Shown here one piece after another: positions 1 to 9,313 of a DNA stretch of 64,000 nucleotides. Positions within the stretch are counted from its first letter, which is position 1. Each line of letters opens with the position of its first letter. Source of the DNA: Pseudomonadota bacterium (GTDB taxonomy: Bacteria; Desulfobacterota; Desulfobacteria; Desulfobacterales; RPRI01). Location: NCBI GenBank assembly GCA_043825875.1, contig JBDRRF010000107.1, forward strand, positions 1-64,000, written 5' to 3'. A program made the translations under genes and the position numbers. Below the pieces are notes generated by a model that worked only from the letters and a program-made list of their open reading frames with translations, was not told where the DNA came from and ran no database searches.

Positions 1-107
1 TTGACTGCGTAGAATGTATGAAAGAATATACAATCATATTTATTTTCTGATTCGACCCAAAATTTACATTTAGACTCAATACATTCTGCTTTGATTAAAG
101 GGCACAT
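1..107 (-). CDS. Partial ORF running off the left edge; candidate first integron gene cassette, Cys-rich (MCPLIKAECIESKCKFWVESENKYDCIFFHTFYAV...)
   Basis: Hand-translated. ATG at 107 is preceded by AAAGGCGG and the frame is open to the window edge. It starts ~27 nt downstream of a GTT core site and is divergent from the integrase. Confidence 0.55.
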   Translation of the reverse strand, partial: MCPLIKAECIESKCKFWVESENKYDCIFFHTFYAV

Positions 108-133
108 ATTCGTTACCGCCTTTCATTGTTTTT

Positions 134-160
134 GTGTAACAATTAATATACGTAGTACGT
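134..160 (-). other. attI: Candidate integron attI recombination site
   Basis: Minus strand reads ACGTACTA-CGTATAT-TAATT-GTTACAC: a GTTRRRY-like R box (6/7 match), a 5-nt spacer and an L-like box, lying between the integrase 5' end and a divergent ORF, where attI is expected. Confidence 0.55.
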
Positions 161-333
161 AATTTATAGGTTTAAAGGGTTACTTTTTATTAAACACTAA
201 TTCCTATAAAATATTATTTGCAAAAAATCAAATAATTATTATTGAAGAGTTACGCATAATGTGTTTATTATCATGTTATACGTAATACGTGTTATCACGA
301 ATTTTCCAAAAGCAAGGCTGTTATATTACAATA

Positions 334-1647
334 ATGAATAATATTTTACCTGATTTTCAAAAATATATCCTGGACAATGAACTGGTTTCTGAAAACCAAA
401 TTCCATTTTATGCTAACTGGGTTAACAAGTTTATAAAATTTTCCAATACCCGGCAGGATAAAGCATTGGATTTAAGAGTTCAATTATTTCTTGATGCTTT
501 AAAAAAAGACCGGGAACTTCAGGATTGGCAAATCACACAGGCTGAAAATGCCATAAAACTTTACATTAATAATTTCCTGCCTACATCCGGTGGTACTGCA
601 ATACTTTCACCAAATGCAGACACAGAGGCTGAAAACAAATTTCCGGATGATCAAAAAATAATAAAAGAAATTCGCGAAATATTACGTATTAAGCACTATG
701 CCTACAGCACTGAAAGAACTTATATAGACTGGTTCAAACGTTTTCATGCCTACCTGACCAAAGCAAAAAATAAAGACTGGGTAAATCAGGGAGCTGATGA
801 AAAGGATGTCAGAGATTTTCTCAGCCACCTGGCAATCAAGCAGCAAGTATCGTCTTCAACTCAAAATCAAGCCTTAAATGCGCTATTGTTTTTGTTTCGG
901 GAAGTTCTCAAAATTGATTTAAAGGATTTGGGTAAAACTGTACGGGCCAAAAGAGGCCCGAAGCTTCCTGCTGTATTAACCCAGGATGAAGTTCGCAGTT
1001 TGCTTGAGCAATTAAATGAAAGGGAAGCTCTTGTTGTGCATCTTCTCTATGGTACCGGAATGCGGCTGATGGAATTAGTCCGATTGCGGGTTAAAGATAT
1101 TGATTTTGGAGCAAAATCTATTATAGTCCGGGCGTCAAAAGGTGATAAAGATAGAATAACAGTTCTTCCCGATGCTGTTAGAAGTAAGCTAAAAAAGCAT
1201 CTGGACGCAGTTGAAAAAATTCATGAGCAGGATTTATCCAAAGGCTTTGGCGAAGTTTATATGCCGGGTGCCCTTGATAGAAAATACCAAAATGCAGCAA
1301 AAGAATGGCGCTGGCAGTATGCTTTTCCTTCTGCGACTCTTTCAGTTGACCCCCGTTCCGGCAAGGTTCGCCGACATCATATAAGTCCCAGCTCCGTTCA
1401 GAAAATTGTTGCTTCTGCAGTAAAAAAGGCTGGTATTGCCAAACACGCTACCGTACATACCTTGCGCCATAGTTTTGCAACACATTTACTTATGAATGGT
1501 GTAAATATCAGAGAAGTCCAGGACTTTTTAGGACACAAAAATGTCGAAACAACAATGATCTATACTCATGTATTGCGTAATATGTCCAAAGTACCGATAA
1601 GTCCCCTGGATACACTGCTTGCCGATGAAGCGTCTAAAAAGGAATGA
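334..1647 (+). CDS. intI: Integron integrase (tyrosine recombinase), long form with an extra N-terminal domain
   Basis: Catalytic motifs [22 protein letters not shown] and TMIYTHV, plus the IntI-specific insertion [39 protein letters not shown] 334 preferred over GTG 289. Confidence 0.95.
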   Translation: MNNILPDFQKYILDNELVSENQIPFYANWVNKFIKFSNTRQDKALDLRVQLFLDALKKDRELQDWQITQAENAIKLYINNFLPTSGGTAILSPNADTEAENKFPDDQKIIKEIREILRIKHYAYSTERTYIDWFKRFHAYLTKAKNKDWVNQGADEKDVRDFLSHLAIKQQVSSSTQNQALNALLFLFREVLKIDLKDLGKTVRAKRGPKLPAVLTQDEVRSLLEQLNEREALVVHLLYGTGMRLMELVRLRVKDIDFGAKSIIVRASKGDKDRITVLPDAVRSKLKKHLDAVEKIHEQDLSKGFGEVYMPGALDRKYQNAAKEWRWQYAFPSATLSVDPRSGKVRRHHISPSSVQKIVASAVKKAGIAKHATVHTLRHSFATHLLMNGVNIREVQDFLGHKNVETTMIYTHVLRNMSKVPISPLDTLLADEASKKE

Positions 1648-1687
1648 ATTTACAATATATAATTAAACATAAGAAAAGGGGGTTATA

Positions 1688-2527
1688 ATGAAAAACATAA
1701 TATTTACCATAATCATAATTTGCTGTGTGGTTATTGCCGGTAGTAGTATTGGGTGGGCTGAAGGGAAAAAGCAGATTGAAAATCCCGTGTATGTTATTAA
1801 AACAAGCATGGGAGATATTGATGTGGAATTGTTTGATGATGAAGCTCCTAAAACGGTTGCCAATTTTATCGGGTTGGCAGAAGGCACAAAGGAATTTAAA
1901 GATATCAAAACCGGTAAGAAAGTTAAACGCCCTTTTTATGACGGACTAATTTTTCACAGGGTAATAAAAGATTTTATGATTCAGGGTGGATGCCCTTTGG
2001 GTACTGGCACAGGCGGCCCAGGTTATGCTTTTGCCGATGAAATTGATGCTACTGCTTTAGGTTTGGATAACTTAAAAGCATTTGATAACCGGACAGGGCC
2101 TCATCGCTTCCTGATGATTCGCAGCCAGCAGGATTTTGAGCGAAATCTTACCAGACCGATTTTTAAAGCTATGAATATTAAGTCGCAAAAGGAACTTGAT
2201 GGAAGAAAAGAAGAATTTAAAGCCCGCCTTGAAAAACTTACCATTAAAGAAGCTTATGAAAATATGGGCTATGTCTATTCCGAAAACGGTTCAAAACATG
2301 CGCTGGTCCGTGGTTGTCTGGCTATGGCAAATTCAGGCCCAAATACGAACGGCTCACAATTTTTCATTAATCTGGTGGACACCGATTGGCTGGCAGGCAA
2401 ACATACCGTGTTTGGCAAAGTAGTAAATGGAATGGATGTGATAGACAATATCGGAAAAGTCAAGGTTGGTTCGGGAAGTAAACCTGTTAAGGATATAAAA
2501 ATTATCTCCATCAGCAGGAAAAATTAA
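1688..2527 (+). CDS. Exported cyclophilin-type peptidyl-prolyl isomerase with a large internal insertion
   Basis: Signal peptide; motifs FHRVIKDFMIQGG, LAMANSGPNTNGSQFFI, HTVFGKV. Confidence 0.92.
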   Translation: MKNIIFTIIIICCVVIAGSSIGWAEGKKQIENPVYVIKTSMGDIDVELFDDEAPKTVANFIGLAEGTKEFKDIKTGKKVKRPFYDGLIFHRVIKDFMIQGGCPLGTGTGGPGYAFADEIDATALGLDNLKAFDNRTGPHRFLMIRSQQDFERNLTRPIFKAMNIKSQKELDGRKEEFKARLEKLTIKEAYENMGYVYSENGSKHALVRGCLAMANSGPNTNGSQFFINLVDTDWLAGKHTVFGKVVNGMDVIDNIGKVKVGSGSKPVKDIKIISISRKN

Positions 2528-2557
2528 CCCTTACCTGCCATGCATTGTTAATTTAGA

Positions 2558-3403
2558 TTAAATATCCTTACGGTGGTAGATTTTTACTTTACTGTCGACA
2601 GGTTCAAATGCCGTCACAAATTCTTCCACCGTCTCTAATGTTCCCATAAAAAGAAAGCCGCCCGGTTTAAGCGCGTAATGAAAAAGTGGGATCAACTTTG
2701 AACGAAGATCTCTGGCCATATAAAGAAGTGTGTTGCGGCAGCTTATTAAGTTCAATTCTGAAAATGGAGGATCTTTAGTCACATCATGTTCGGAAAAAAC
2801 AAGAAGATCGCGGATAGATTTTCGGATATGATAGAAGCCTTCTTTGGAGTCATAGATAAAAAAACGAGCCAGTCTTTCAGGGGATACATCAATATTGATG
2901 TTTGACGGAAATATTGCGCTTCGGGCCTGTTCAATAGAATACTTGTCAATATCAGTGGCAAATATCTGCACCTTGTATGACTCTTTAATGGATTCCATAT
3001 ATTCCTTAACCAGAATTGCAATAGAATAGGCTTCCTCGCCGGTGGAGCAACCGCAAACCCATATCCGGATAACTCCTTTAGATGTTTCATTTGAAAAAAG
3101 TTTAGGGATTATATTTTTTTTAAGTATTTCGAAAGCAGCCGGATCATGGAAAAAAGTTGTAGCACCAATGAGTGTGTCGTGAAAGAGAGCATCTGATTCC
3201 GCCTTATTTTGAAACATAAATCTAAGATATTGATCCGGCTTTCTGATCTGGTGTAAAGCCATCCTCCGTTTTATACGGTTGATCAGGGTAATATCCTTAT
3301 ACTGGGAAAAATCGTGGCCTGTTTGCGTCCGCAAAAGAACGCAGATTTTATTTATTGTATCTTCGGTAGAAGATGAGGTTTTATTGTTTTCTTCAATAGT
3401 CAT
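2558..3403 (-). CDS. cheR: Stand-alone CheR-type methyltransferase domain protein
   Basis: Motifs TGHDFSQYK, IWVCGCSTGEEAYS, FATDID, ISCRN, LKPGGFLFMG. ATG 3403 (alternative GTG 3418). Confidence 0.85.
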   Translation of the reverse strand: MTIEENNKTSSSTEDTINKICVLLRTQTGHDFSQYKDITLINRIKRRMALHQIRKPDQYLRFMFQNKAESDALFHDTLIGATTFFHDPAAFEILKKNIIPKLFSNETSKGVIRIWVCGCSTGEEAYSIAILVKEYMESIKESYKVQIFATDIDKYSIEQARSAIFPSNINIDVSPERLARFFIYDSKEGFYHIRKSIRDLLVFSEHDVTKDPPFSELNLISCRNTLLYMARDLRSKLIPLFHYALKPGGFLFMGTLETVEEFVTAFEPVDSKVKIYHRKDI

Positions 3404-3486
3404 AGCATTTATTTGCACAGAATAATTAATGCACTTATAGCAATTGTTATAAATCTATTCCGTTTGAGACGTTATTAACTTGAAAT

Positions 3487-3522
3487 AAAAAAAGGGGGTA
3501 TCCTTATTAAGGTTACCCCCTT
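3487..3522 (-). terminator. Intrinsic terminator after dsrP
   Basis: Stem AAGGGGGTA...TACCCCCTT with an inner CCTT/AAGG pair, followed by a T-run on the minus strand. Confidence 0.8.
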
Positions 3523-3549
3523 ATAATTTATAAGCTTAACGAGTAATAT

Positions 3550-4710
3550 CTATACGCCTTGAAGTTGCTCCTTAACCGTTGTAGCTATTTTATAAAGGAT
3601 TGTCAGTACTAAAAATCCTACAGCATAAACGCCTAATGTAATGGCTATCTCCGGCATTGTGGGAACATATTCGGTAACATGATGCAACGGAGATGGTACA
3701 AAGCCTCCTGAAATCATGCCAAGCCCTTTGTCAATCCATGTGCCGCAAAATACACAGATACATGCTACCATAAGTATTCCCTCTTTCTGTCTTGTAAAAG
3801 GATTTACAAGAAGGATTATGGATATAAGCATCAACGCTACAGATGTCCACATCCATGGCACAAGAACACCGTGGCCATGCAATCCGGCAAACAGATAAAT
3901 CATATGAGCCATATGCTCCGGGATTTTGCTGTAAAATACTACAAAAACCTCACAGAGAAGGAAAAATACGTTTAAGCAAATTCCATATGTAACGATTTTA
4001 GCCAAGGTCTGAATCTGCTCTTTTCCCGGATCAAATTTTGTAAGTTTTCTTACAAGAAGGCAAAGAAGAATCAAAAAAGCCGGACCTGCTGCAAATGCGG
4101 AAGCAAGAAAACGAGGAGCAAGTATTGCCGTAAGCCAGAAACCTCTGCCGGGAAGACCGCAGTATAAAAATGCTGTTACGGTATGAATGCTGACTGCCCA
4201 GGGTATTGATATATAGATTAAAACTTTTACCCATTTAGCCGGAGCAACGCCGTTTCTTTCTCCCTGGAGAACCTGCCAGCCAATTATAATATTTAAAAAC
4301 AGATAACCGTTTAGCACTATCATATCCCAGAAAAGTATGGAATTTGGAGTGGGGTACAACATAACATTTAAAAGGCGCATAGGCTGACCAAGATCCATAA
4401 GTATAAACAGAACACACATGGTTACAGCAGCTACAGCCAGAAATTCTCCCAGAATTGTTATTTTCCCGAATGCCTTATAATGGTGCAGATAATACGGTAG
4501 TACCAGCATTACGGCTGATGCGGCGACCCCGACAAGAAATGTAAACTGGGCTATATAAAACCCCCATGATACATCTCTGCTCATCCCGGTTATACCAAGG
4601 CCGAAATCAAGCTGCCATAAATAAAAGCCAAACCCAACGCCTATAACGGCGAGCAGGCCTGCAATCCAACCATAATATTTTTTGCTTCCTTTAAGTGCTA
4701 ATTCAAGCAT
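3550..4710 (-). CDS. dsrP: DsrP, NrfD-family membrane subunit
   Basis: Polytopic NrfD-like protein (ITGMSRDVSWGFYIAQFTFLVGVAA); last gene of dsrMKJOP. Confidence 0.95.
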   Translation of the reverse strand: MLELALKGSKKYYGWIAGLLAVIGVGFGFYLWQLDFGLGITGMSRDVSWGFYIAQFTFLVGVAASAVMLVLPYYLHHYKAFGKITILGEFLAVAAVTMCVLFILMDLGQPMRLLNVMLYPTPNSILFWDMIVLNGYLFLNIIIGWQVLQGERNGVAPAKWVKVLIYISIPWAVSIHTVTAFLYCGLPGRGFWLTAILAPRFLASAFAAGPAFLILLCLLVRKLTKFDPGKEQIQTLAKIVTYGICLNVFFLLCEVFVVFYSKIPEHMAHMIYLFAGLHGHGVLVPWMWTSVALMLISIILLVNPFTRQKEGILMVACICVFCGTWIDKGLGMISGGFVPSPLHHVTEYVPTMPEIAITLGVYAVGFLVLTILYKIATTVKEQLQGV

Positions 4711-4717
4711 AACCACC

Positions 4718-5521
4718 TCATACTATATAATAAATAGAGGGCCCCGTACCGAGGGCCACTTTGCGTCGAATTGTATAGTTAGTTTTAAGTAAATGTCTGA
4801 CATTGGATCCAGGATCTTCAAGATCTCCGAAAGCCATAATGCCGTTGGATGCTTCAACACACGCCGGTTGTAATCCAACAGCAAGGCGCTCGGCGCAGAA
4901 ATTGCATTTTTCGACAACGCCTTTAGTTCTTGTCGGGAATTTTTTATTGTTTTCTTTTATAAAAGGCCTTGGGTCCCTGAAATTGAAATTTCTTGATCCA
5001 TAAGGACAAGCAGCCATGCAAAACCGGCAGCCGATACACCTATGGAAATCCATCATAACAATTCCATCTTCACGTTTGAAAGTTGCCTTTGTCGGACAGG
5101 CCCTGACGCATGGGGCATCTTTGCATTGATTGCAAAGAACCAGAAAAGGCAAATGCTTTATGCGCTCATTTAAGTATTCATTCTCTAAATTGGGAAAAGC
5201 ATGTTTGAATTCTTCTTCCCATATCCACTTTATTTCATGCCGCTTGTTTTCCATAACAGGAATATTGTGAATTTTACTACAGGCCGCAATTATTGGTTCA
5301 AGATCATGTTCCGATTTAATCTTTCTGGTATCAATGACCATTCCCCATCTTTTGGCGGTGAGAGCTTCTTTTTTTGGAGCCGCATCAATCGATTTAACAA
5401 TCAGGTTGTCTATATCCAGATCTTGTATATCTATTGCAAAAGCATCCAAAACCGGTGTTGCGCTCAGGCCCAGTGCTGAAATTCCAGCTATTTTTAAGAA
5501 TTTTCTTCTGCTGTTTTCCAT
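4718..5521 (-). CDS. dsrO: DsrO, periplasmic iron-sulfur protein
   Basis: Tat motif SRRKFLK; cysteine motifs CNQC..PC..CP, CIGCRFCMAACP, KCNFC. Confidence 0.95.
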   Translation of the reverse strand: MENSRRKFLKIAGISALGLSATPVLDAFAIDIQDLDIDNLIVKSIDAAPKKEALTAKRWGMVIDTRKIKSEHDLEPIIAACSKIHNIPVMENKRHEIKWIWEEEFKHAFPNLENEYLNERIKHLPFLVLCNQCKDAPCVRACPTKATFKREDGIVMMDFHRCIGCRFCMAACPYGSRNFNFRDPRPFIKENNKKFPTRTKGVVEKCNFCAERLAVGLQPACVEASNGIMAFGDLEDPGSNVRHLLKTNYTIRRKVALGTGPSIYYIV

Positions 5522-5523
5522 CA

Positions 5524-5937
5524 CTATTTCTCCTTCGGATTATCAATATGGCAATCCCAGCAGTAAGGACTTACCGATGCATAGGTATGACACTTATCAC
5601 AAAATTCTGCCTTATTTGAATGGCAATCCAGACAACCGTTGGACAAACTCATTTCAAATTCCTTGTCACTGCTGTTAATATATAATCTATTCGTCTTCCT
5701 TACAACCGAACGTCTCCAGCTATCTAAAACCTGCATATGTTCAGTTTTCATATAAGCTGCCGGCTCAACACATTCTTTAGCAGCCTTAGCTTTCTCGGTA
5801 AGTACAGGTTCAGGAACCGGTGTCGCTTTTCCCATGTTATACCAGAAAGGAAAAGTGAAAATAATTAAAAATATAACAATACCGGTTATCACTTCCCCTT
5901 TATTATACATCTTTTTATCTTCTTTTTCGTGAGACAT
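5524..5937 (-). CDS. dsrJ: DsrJ, triheme cytochrome c
   Basis: N-terminal TM helix; CLDCH, CDKCH, CWDCH. Start at 5937 after GGAG. Confidence 0.95.
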   Translation of the reverse strand: MSHEKEDKKMYNKGEVITGIVIFLIIFTFPFWYNMGKATPVPEPVLTEKAKAAKECVEPAAYMKTEHMQVLDSWRRSVVRKTNRLYINSSDKEFEMSLSNGCLDCHSNKAEFCDKCHTYASVSPYCWDCHIDNPKEK

Positions 5938-5938
5938 T

Positions 5939-7558
5939 TTACTCCTCCATTCCTGGAAGCGGTTCATCGCGAAGGTTAACAGTTCTTTCTTTCTCACCCG
6001 GCATTATCAAAGCGTTTGCAACTAACTCGGTAACTCCGGTTACATCTACTCCAGGAACCCAGTAATCCATAAGAGGCGGAAGAGCAGCCCTGTCAATTGC
6101 GCAGATAGTAGCAAGCATATTTACACCAAATTGATCGTGAACATGCTTTACCGCGTTAGCCCTTGGAAGACCTCCGCACATCCTTAATTCCATATCTTCA
6201 CCGGCGTTAAGGCCGGAACCGCTGCCGCAGCAGAAAGTCTGTTCTCTGATGGTATTACTCGGCATTTCATAAAAATTATTACAGGTATTTTTTATAACAT
6301 ACCTTGGCTCTTCAAACATCCCCATGCCTCTGGACGGATTGCATGAATCATGAAAAGTTACCTTTAGATTATCATTACGGCTTTTATCAAGTTTCAGTTT
6401 CCCATGATATATAAGATCGGCTGTAAATTCTGAAATATGGACCATTTTTGTTGAGTTGGCGTTTTCAAACTTTGTACCGGTAATGGGAGAAACCGGATTT
6501 TCAAGAAAATCCGCAGGCCCGTTCATTGTATCCATATACTGAGTTATAACACGCCACATATGCCCGCACTCACCACCGAGTATCCACTTAACACCAAGCC
6601 GTTTTGCTTCGGCATACATCTTTGCGTTAAGACGCTTCATTGTCTCATGGGAAGTAAAGAAACCAAAGTTTCCACCTTCGGAAGCATAGGTGCTCCATGT
6701 AATATTAAGACCCTGCTCCTCTAAATAATGAAAGAGCATCAGATAACCCATGGCAGTATATGTACCGGGATCGGCAAAAACATCACCGGATGGGGTAATA
6801 AATAATATATCTGCGCCCTTCCTGTTAAATGAAGGCTTTACCACCACTCCGGTTTTTTCTTCTATATCATCTACAAAGAATTCCAGCATTTCTTTGTAAG
6901 CATGCGGCTGGATGCCTAGATGGTTTCCAGTACGATAACAATTTGCAACAGGTGTTGCGATCCAGTCTATATTTAGCCCGAGCAGATTAAATATCTCCCT
7001 GGCCATTATTGTTATTTCAGCGGTATCAATACCATAAGGACAGAATACCGAGCAGCGGCGGCATTCGGTGCATTGAAAGAAATAGTACCACCATTCTTTC
7101 AAAACATCTAAAGTGAGTTCACGTGCCCCGGCAACCCTGCCTAAAATTTTCCCTGCTGTGGTAAAATCGTTTCTGTAAACCGAACGAAGAAGTTCGGCTC
7201 TTAATACCGGCATGTTTTTCGGATCGCCCGTACCTATAAAGAAATGGCATTTATCGGCGCATGCTCCGCATCTTACGCAGATATCCATAAAAACCTTAAA
7301 AGAACGAAATTTGTCAAGCCGTTCCTTGAAAGCATTATGGACTATCTCCTTCCAGTTTACAGGAAGTTTCCAGTCTTCATCAAGCGGGTTCCATGCACGT
7401 GCATTTGGAAGACTAAGGTATTCCACACTTTTGGGATTTGAAGCATAACAGTACATACCCTTTCTGATTTGAACGGGTACATCCATCCAATTGTTACTAC
7501 TAGGCTTGTAATCTATTTTTTCTATCAGTTCATTGTTGTCTTTTGGAAGGTCTGACAT
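5939..7558 (-). CDS. dsrK: DsrK, HdrD-like Fe-S catalytic subunit
   Basis: CVRCGACADKC, CTECRRCSVFCP and a CCG domain (HDSCN, FCCGSG). Confidence 0.96.
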   Translation of the reverse strand: MSDLPKDNNELIEKIDYKPSSNNWMDVPVQIRKGMYCYASNPKSVEYLSLPNARAWNPLDEDWKLPVNWKEIVHNAFKERLDKFRSFKVFMDICVRCGACADKCHFFIGTGDPKNMPVLRAELLRSVYRNDFTTAGKILGRVAGARELTLDVLKEWWYYFFQCTECRRCSVFCPYGIDTAEITIMAREIFNLLGLNIDWIATPVANCYRTGNHLGIQPHAYKEMLEFFVDDIEEKTGVVVKPSFNRKGADILFITPSGDVFADPGTYTAMGYLMLFHYLEEQGLNITWSTYASEGGNFGFFTSHETMKRLNAKMYAEAKRLGVKWILGGECGHMWRVITQYMDTMNGPADFLENPVSPITGTKFENANSTKMVHISEFTADLIYHGKLKLDKSRNDNLKVTFHDSCNPSRGMGMFEEPRYVIKNTCNNFYEMPSNTIREQTFCCGSGSGLNAGEDMELRMCGGLPRANAVKHVHDQFGVNMLATICAIDRAALPPLMDYWVPGVDVTGVTELVANALIMPGEKERTVNLRDEPLPGMEE

Positions 7559-7561
7559 TAG

Positions 7562-8563
7562 TTACTCCTTTTCAACCGGCAGTCCAGCATCAATCATTTT
7601 CTCCCTGAAATCGTCCTCGTACTCTTCATATGTATGAGTATGTACAGGATAATTCCATGGATTTATATGTCTGACCGCCCGGGTGTTGCCCGGCAGATTT
7701 CTTGTAGGACTCATAAAAATACCACCCATGTGCATAAGCTTGCTGAAAGGGAAATAGGCAAGTAATGTACTTACAAAAAAGATATGCACATAAAAAATAC
7801 CACCAATACCCTCAGGGATTATCGGATGAAGTGTGACAAGACCCATAGCAAGCTGCTTTGCGCTTATAATATCTACTTTAAATACATGCCGCATCAATAT
7901 TCCGCTTATAGCTATTCCTATAATCAAAAACAGAGGGAAATAATCCTGGGTGAGTGAAATGTATTTTACCTGAGGTTCTACAATCCTTCTGAGAAGAAGA
8001 TAAGAAACAGCCAAAAGGAGAACAAATCCGGAAAGCAATATTCCAGGGACTCCGATTTGCAGCATGCCGTCTATACTTTCAAGTAACTTTATGGCAGATG
8101 GCACAGGATCAGTAAAAAGCCTTAAATGTCTAGCTAAAACAGTAAAAAAAGAGGCATGAAAAGCAAGAGAGGCAAGCCAGAGTAAAATCTCAAGATTAAA
8201 AGAAATTTTGGGTCCATCGCTTAACTGGGTTCTCGTATTTCTAAATAAGGAACGGAAAAGAAATACTTCCAGAAACATTCTGCCGAAAACACCTCTGGTT
8301 GTGGTTGGATTATCCAGACTTGCATGTTTAATCCACGGCAAAGATTTCTGTTGCCCGGCAGTAGTTGGAATAGCAAAAGGCACCGGAGAGCGCGCCCATC
8401 CAACTACACGGTTTATCACTCCAATAACAAAGACGATAAGGGCTGCGTACGGTATTACAATTCCGAACACAAATTGCGCTGTATAACCGGACGTCTCAAC
8501 CCCGACAAAGGCAAGCACCGATAAAATAACTACTACAGTGAGTGAGAACATGCACTTAACCAT
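7562..8563 (-). CDS. dsrM: DsrM, NarI-like cytochrome b subunit
   Basis: Membrane protein with YFPFSKLMHMGGIFMSPTRN; position in the operon. Confidence 0.95.
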   Translation of the reverse strand: MVKCMFSLTVVVILSVLAFVGVETSGYTAQFVFGIVIPYAALIVFVIGVINRVVGWARSPVPFAIPTTAGQQKSLPWIKHASLDNPTTTRGVFGRMFLEVFLFRSLFRNTRTQLSDGPKISFNLEILLWLASLAFHASFFTVLARHLRLFTDPVPSAIKLLESIDGMLQIGVPGILLSGFVLLLAVSYLLLRRIVEPQVKYISLTQDYFPLFLIIGIAISGILMRHVFKVDIISAKQLAMGLVTLHPIIPEGIGGIFYVHIFFVSTLLAYFPFSKLMHMGGIFMSPTRNLPGNTRAVRHINPWNYPVHTHTYEEYEDDFREKMIDAGLPVEKE

Positions 8564-8646
8564 TTAACATTACCTCGCTCCATGGCTTAAGACAGCTGCT
8601 TTATAAATACAATAGTCAACCACTCAAGCTTTAATATTAATCATTG

Positions 8647-9186
8647 TTAAACCAATTGAGATCCCGTTTCATTCTCCGGAATCTCTTTAATCAAACCGGC
8701 TCTTTCAAACGCTCTGAAGGTTCTGTTTTTTTCTTCGTTTGCTTTTATATGATAAATTTTCTCTCTGCATCTCATATAAATGTCAAAACCTATCTTTGCG
8801 ACTAAATCAATTTTTTCGTGGAACTGTATCAACTCTAATAACATGTTATAGTTATTAAAATCTTTACCTTTAAACTGGTCTCTTATTATTTCTTTTAGTG
8901 AAAAGACAAAAGAGACCGCCCTGGATGGGGTAAAATCCTGAATGGCTCTGATCCTTATAATAGGATCAAGAAATAAATTTATTGTATCAACATTCATTTC
9001 ACCAAGAAGTTCATCCATTAAAACGCTAAGACCTTTATGGGTTGTACTTCCTACAGGATTGGCAAAAGGATTTTTCTGGCTTTTGATAAATCTGGAAGTA
9101 TCGGCAGGATAGGTGTTGACAACAACATCAAACCATTTATCGATAATAACTTTTTTCTTTTGGGTTAACAGCTCTTCCAGTTTCAT
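8647..9186 (-). CDS. dsrT: DsrT (RsbRD N-terminal-like domain protein)
   Basis: Motifs TYP..T..F, NPFANPVG, IRIRAIQDFTPSRAV; directly upstream of dsrM. Confidence 0.85.
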   Translation of the reverse strand: MKLEELLTQKKKVIIDKWFDVVVNTYPADTSRFIKSQKNPFANPVGSTTHKGLSVLMDELLGEMNVDTINLFLDPIIRIRAIQDFTPSRAVSFVFSLKEIIRDQFKGKDFNNYNMLLELIQFHEKIDLVAKIGFDIYMRCREKIYHIKANEEKNRTFRAFERAGLIKEIPENETGSQLV

Positions 9187-9284
9187 ATATAAAAACCAAA
9201 CCCAATTCTTTGATATATTGGGCGATATTTATTAATTATAGTATCTTTTCCAAAAACCTCGATATAATGCCACTTTGCGCAAAT

Positions 9285-9313
9285 TCTATAGTCAAGATAA
9301 AAATTCATGTCAA
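9285..9313 (-). promoter_or_regulatory. Putative sigma70 promoter for dsrT-dsrMKJOP
   Basis: TTGACA-N17-TATAGA on the minus strand, ~100 nt upstream of dsrT. Confidence 0.5.

Noticed and set aside
1648..3549. Cyclophilin and cheR as integron cassettes
   Set aside because: They lie on the 3' side of intI and have no attC-like palindromes in their spacers.
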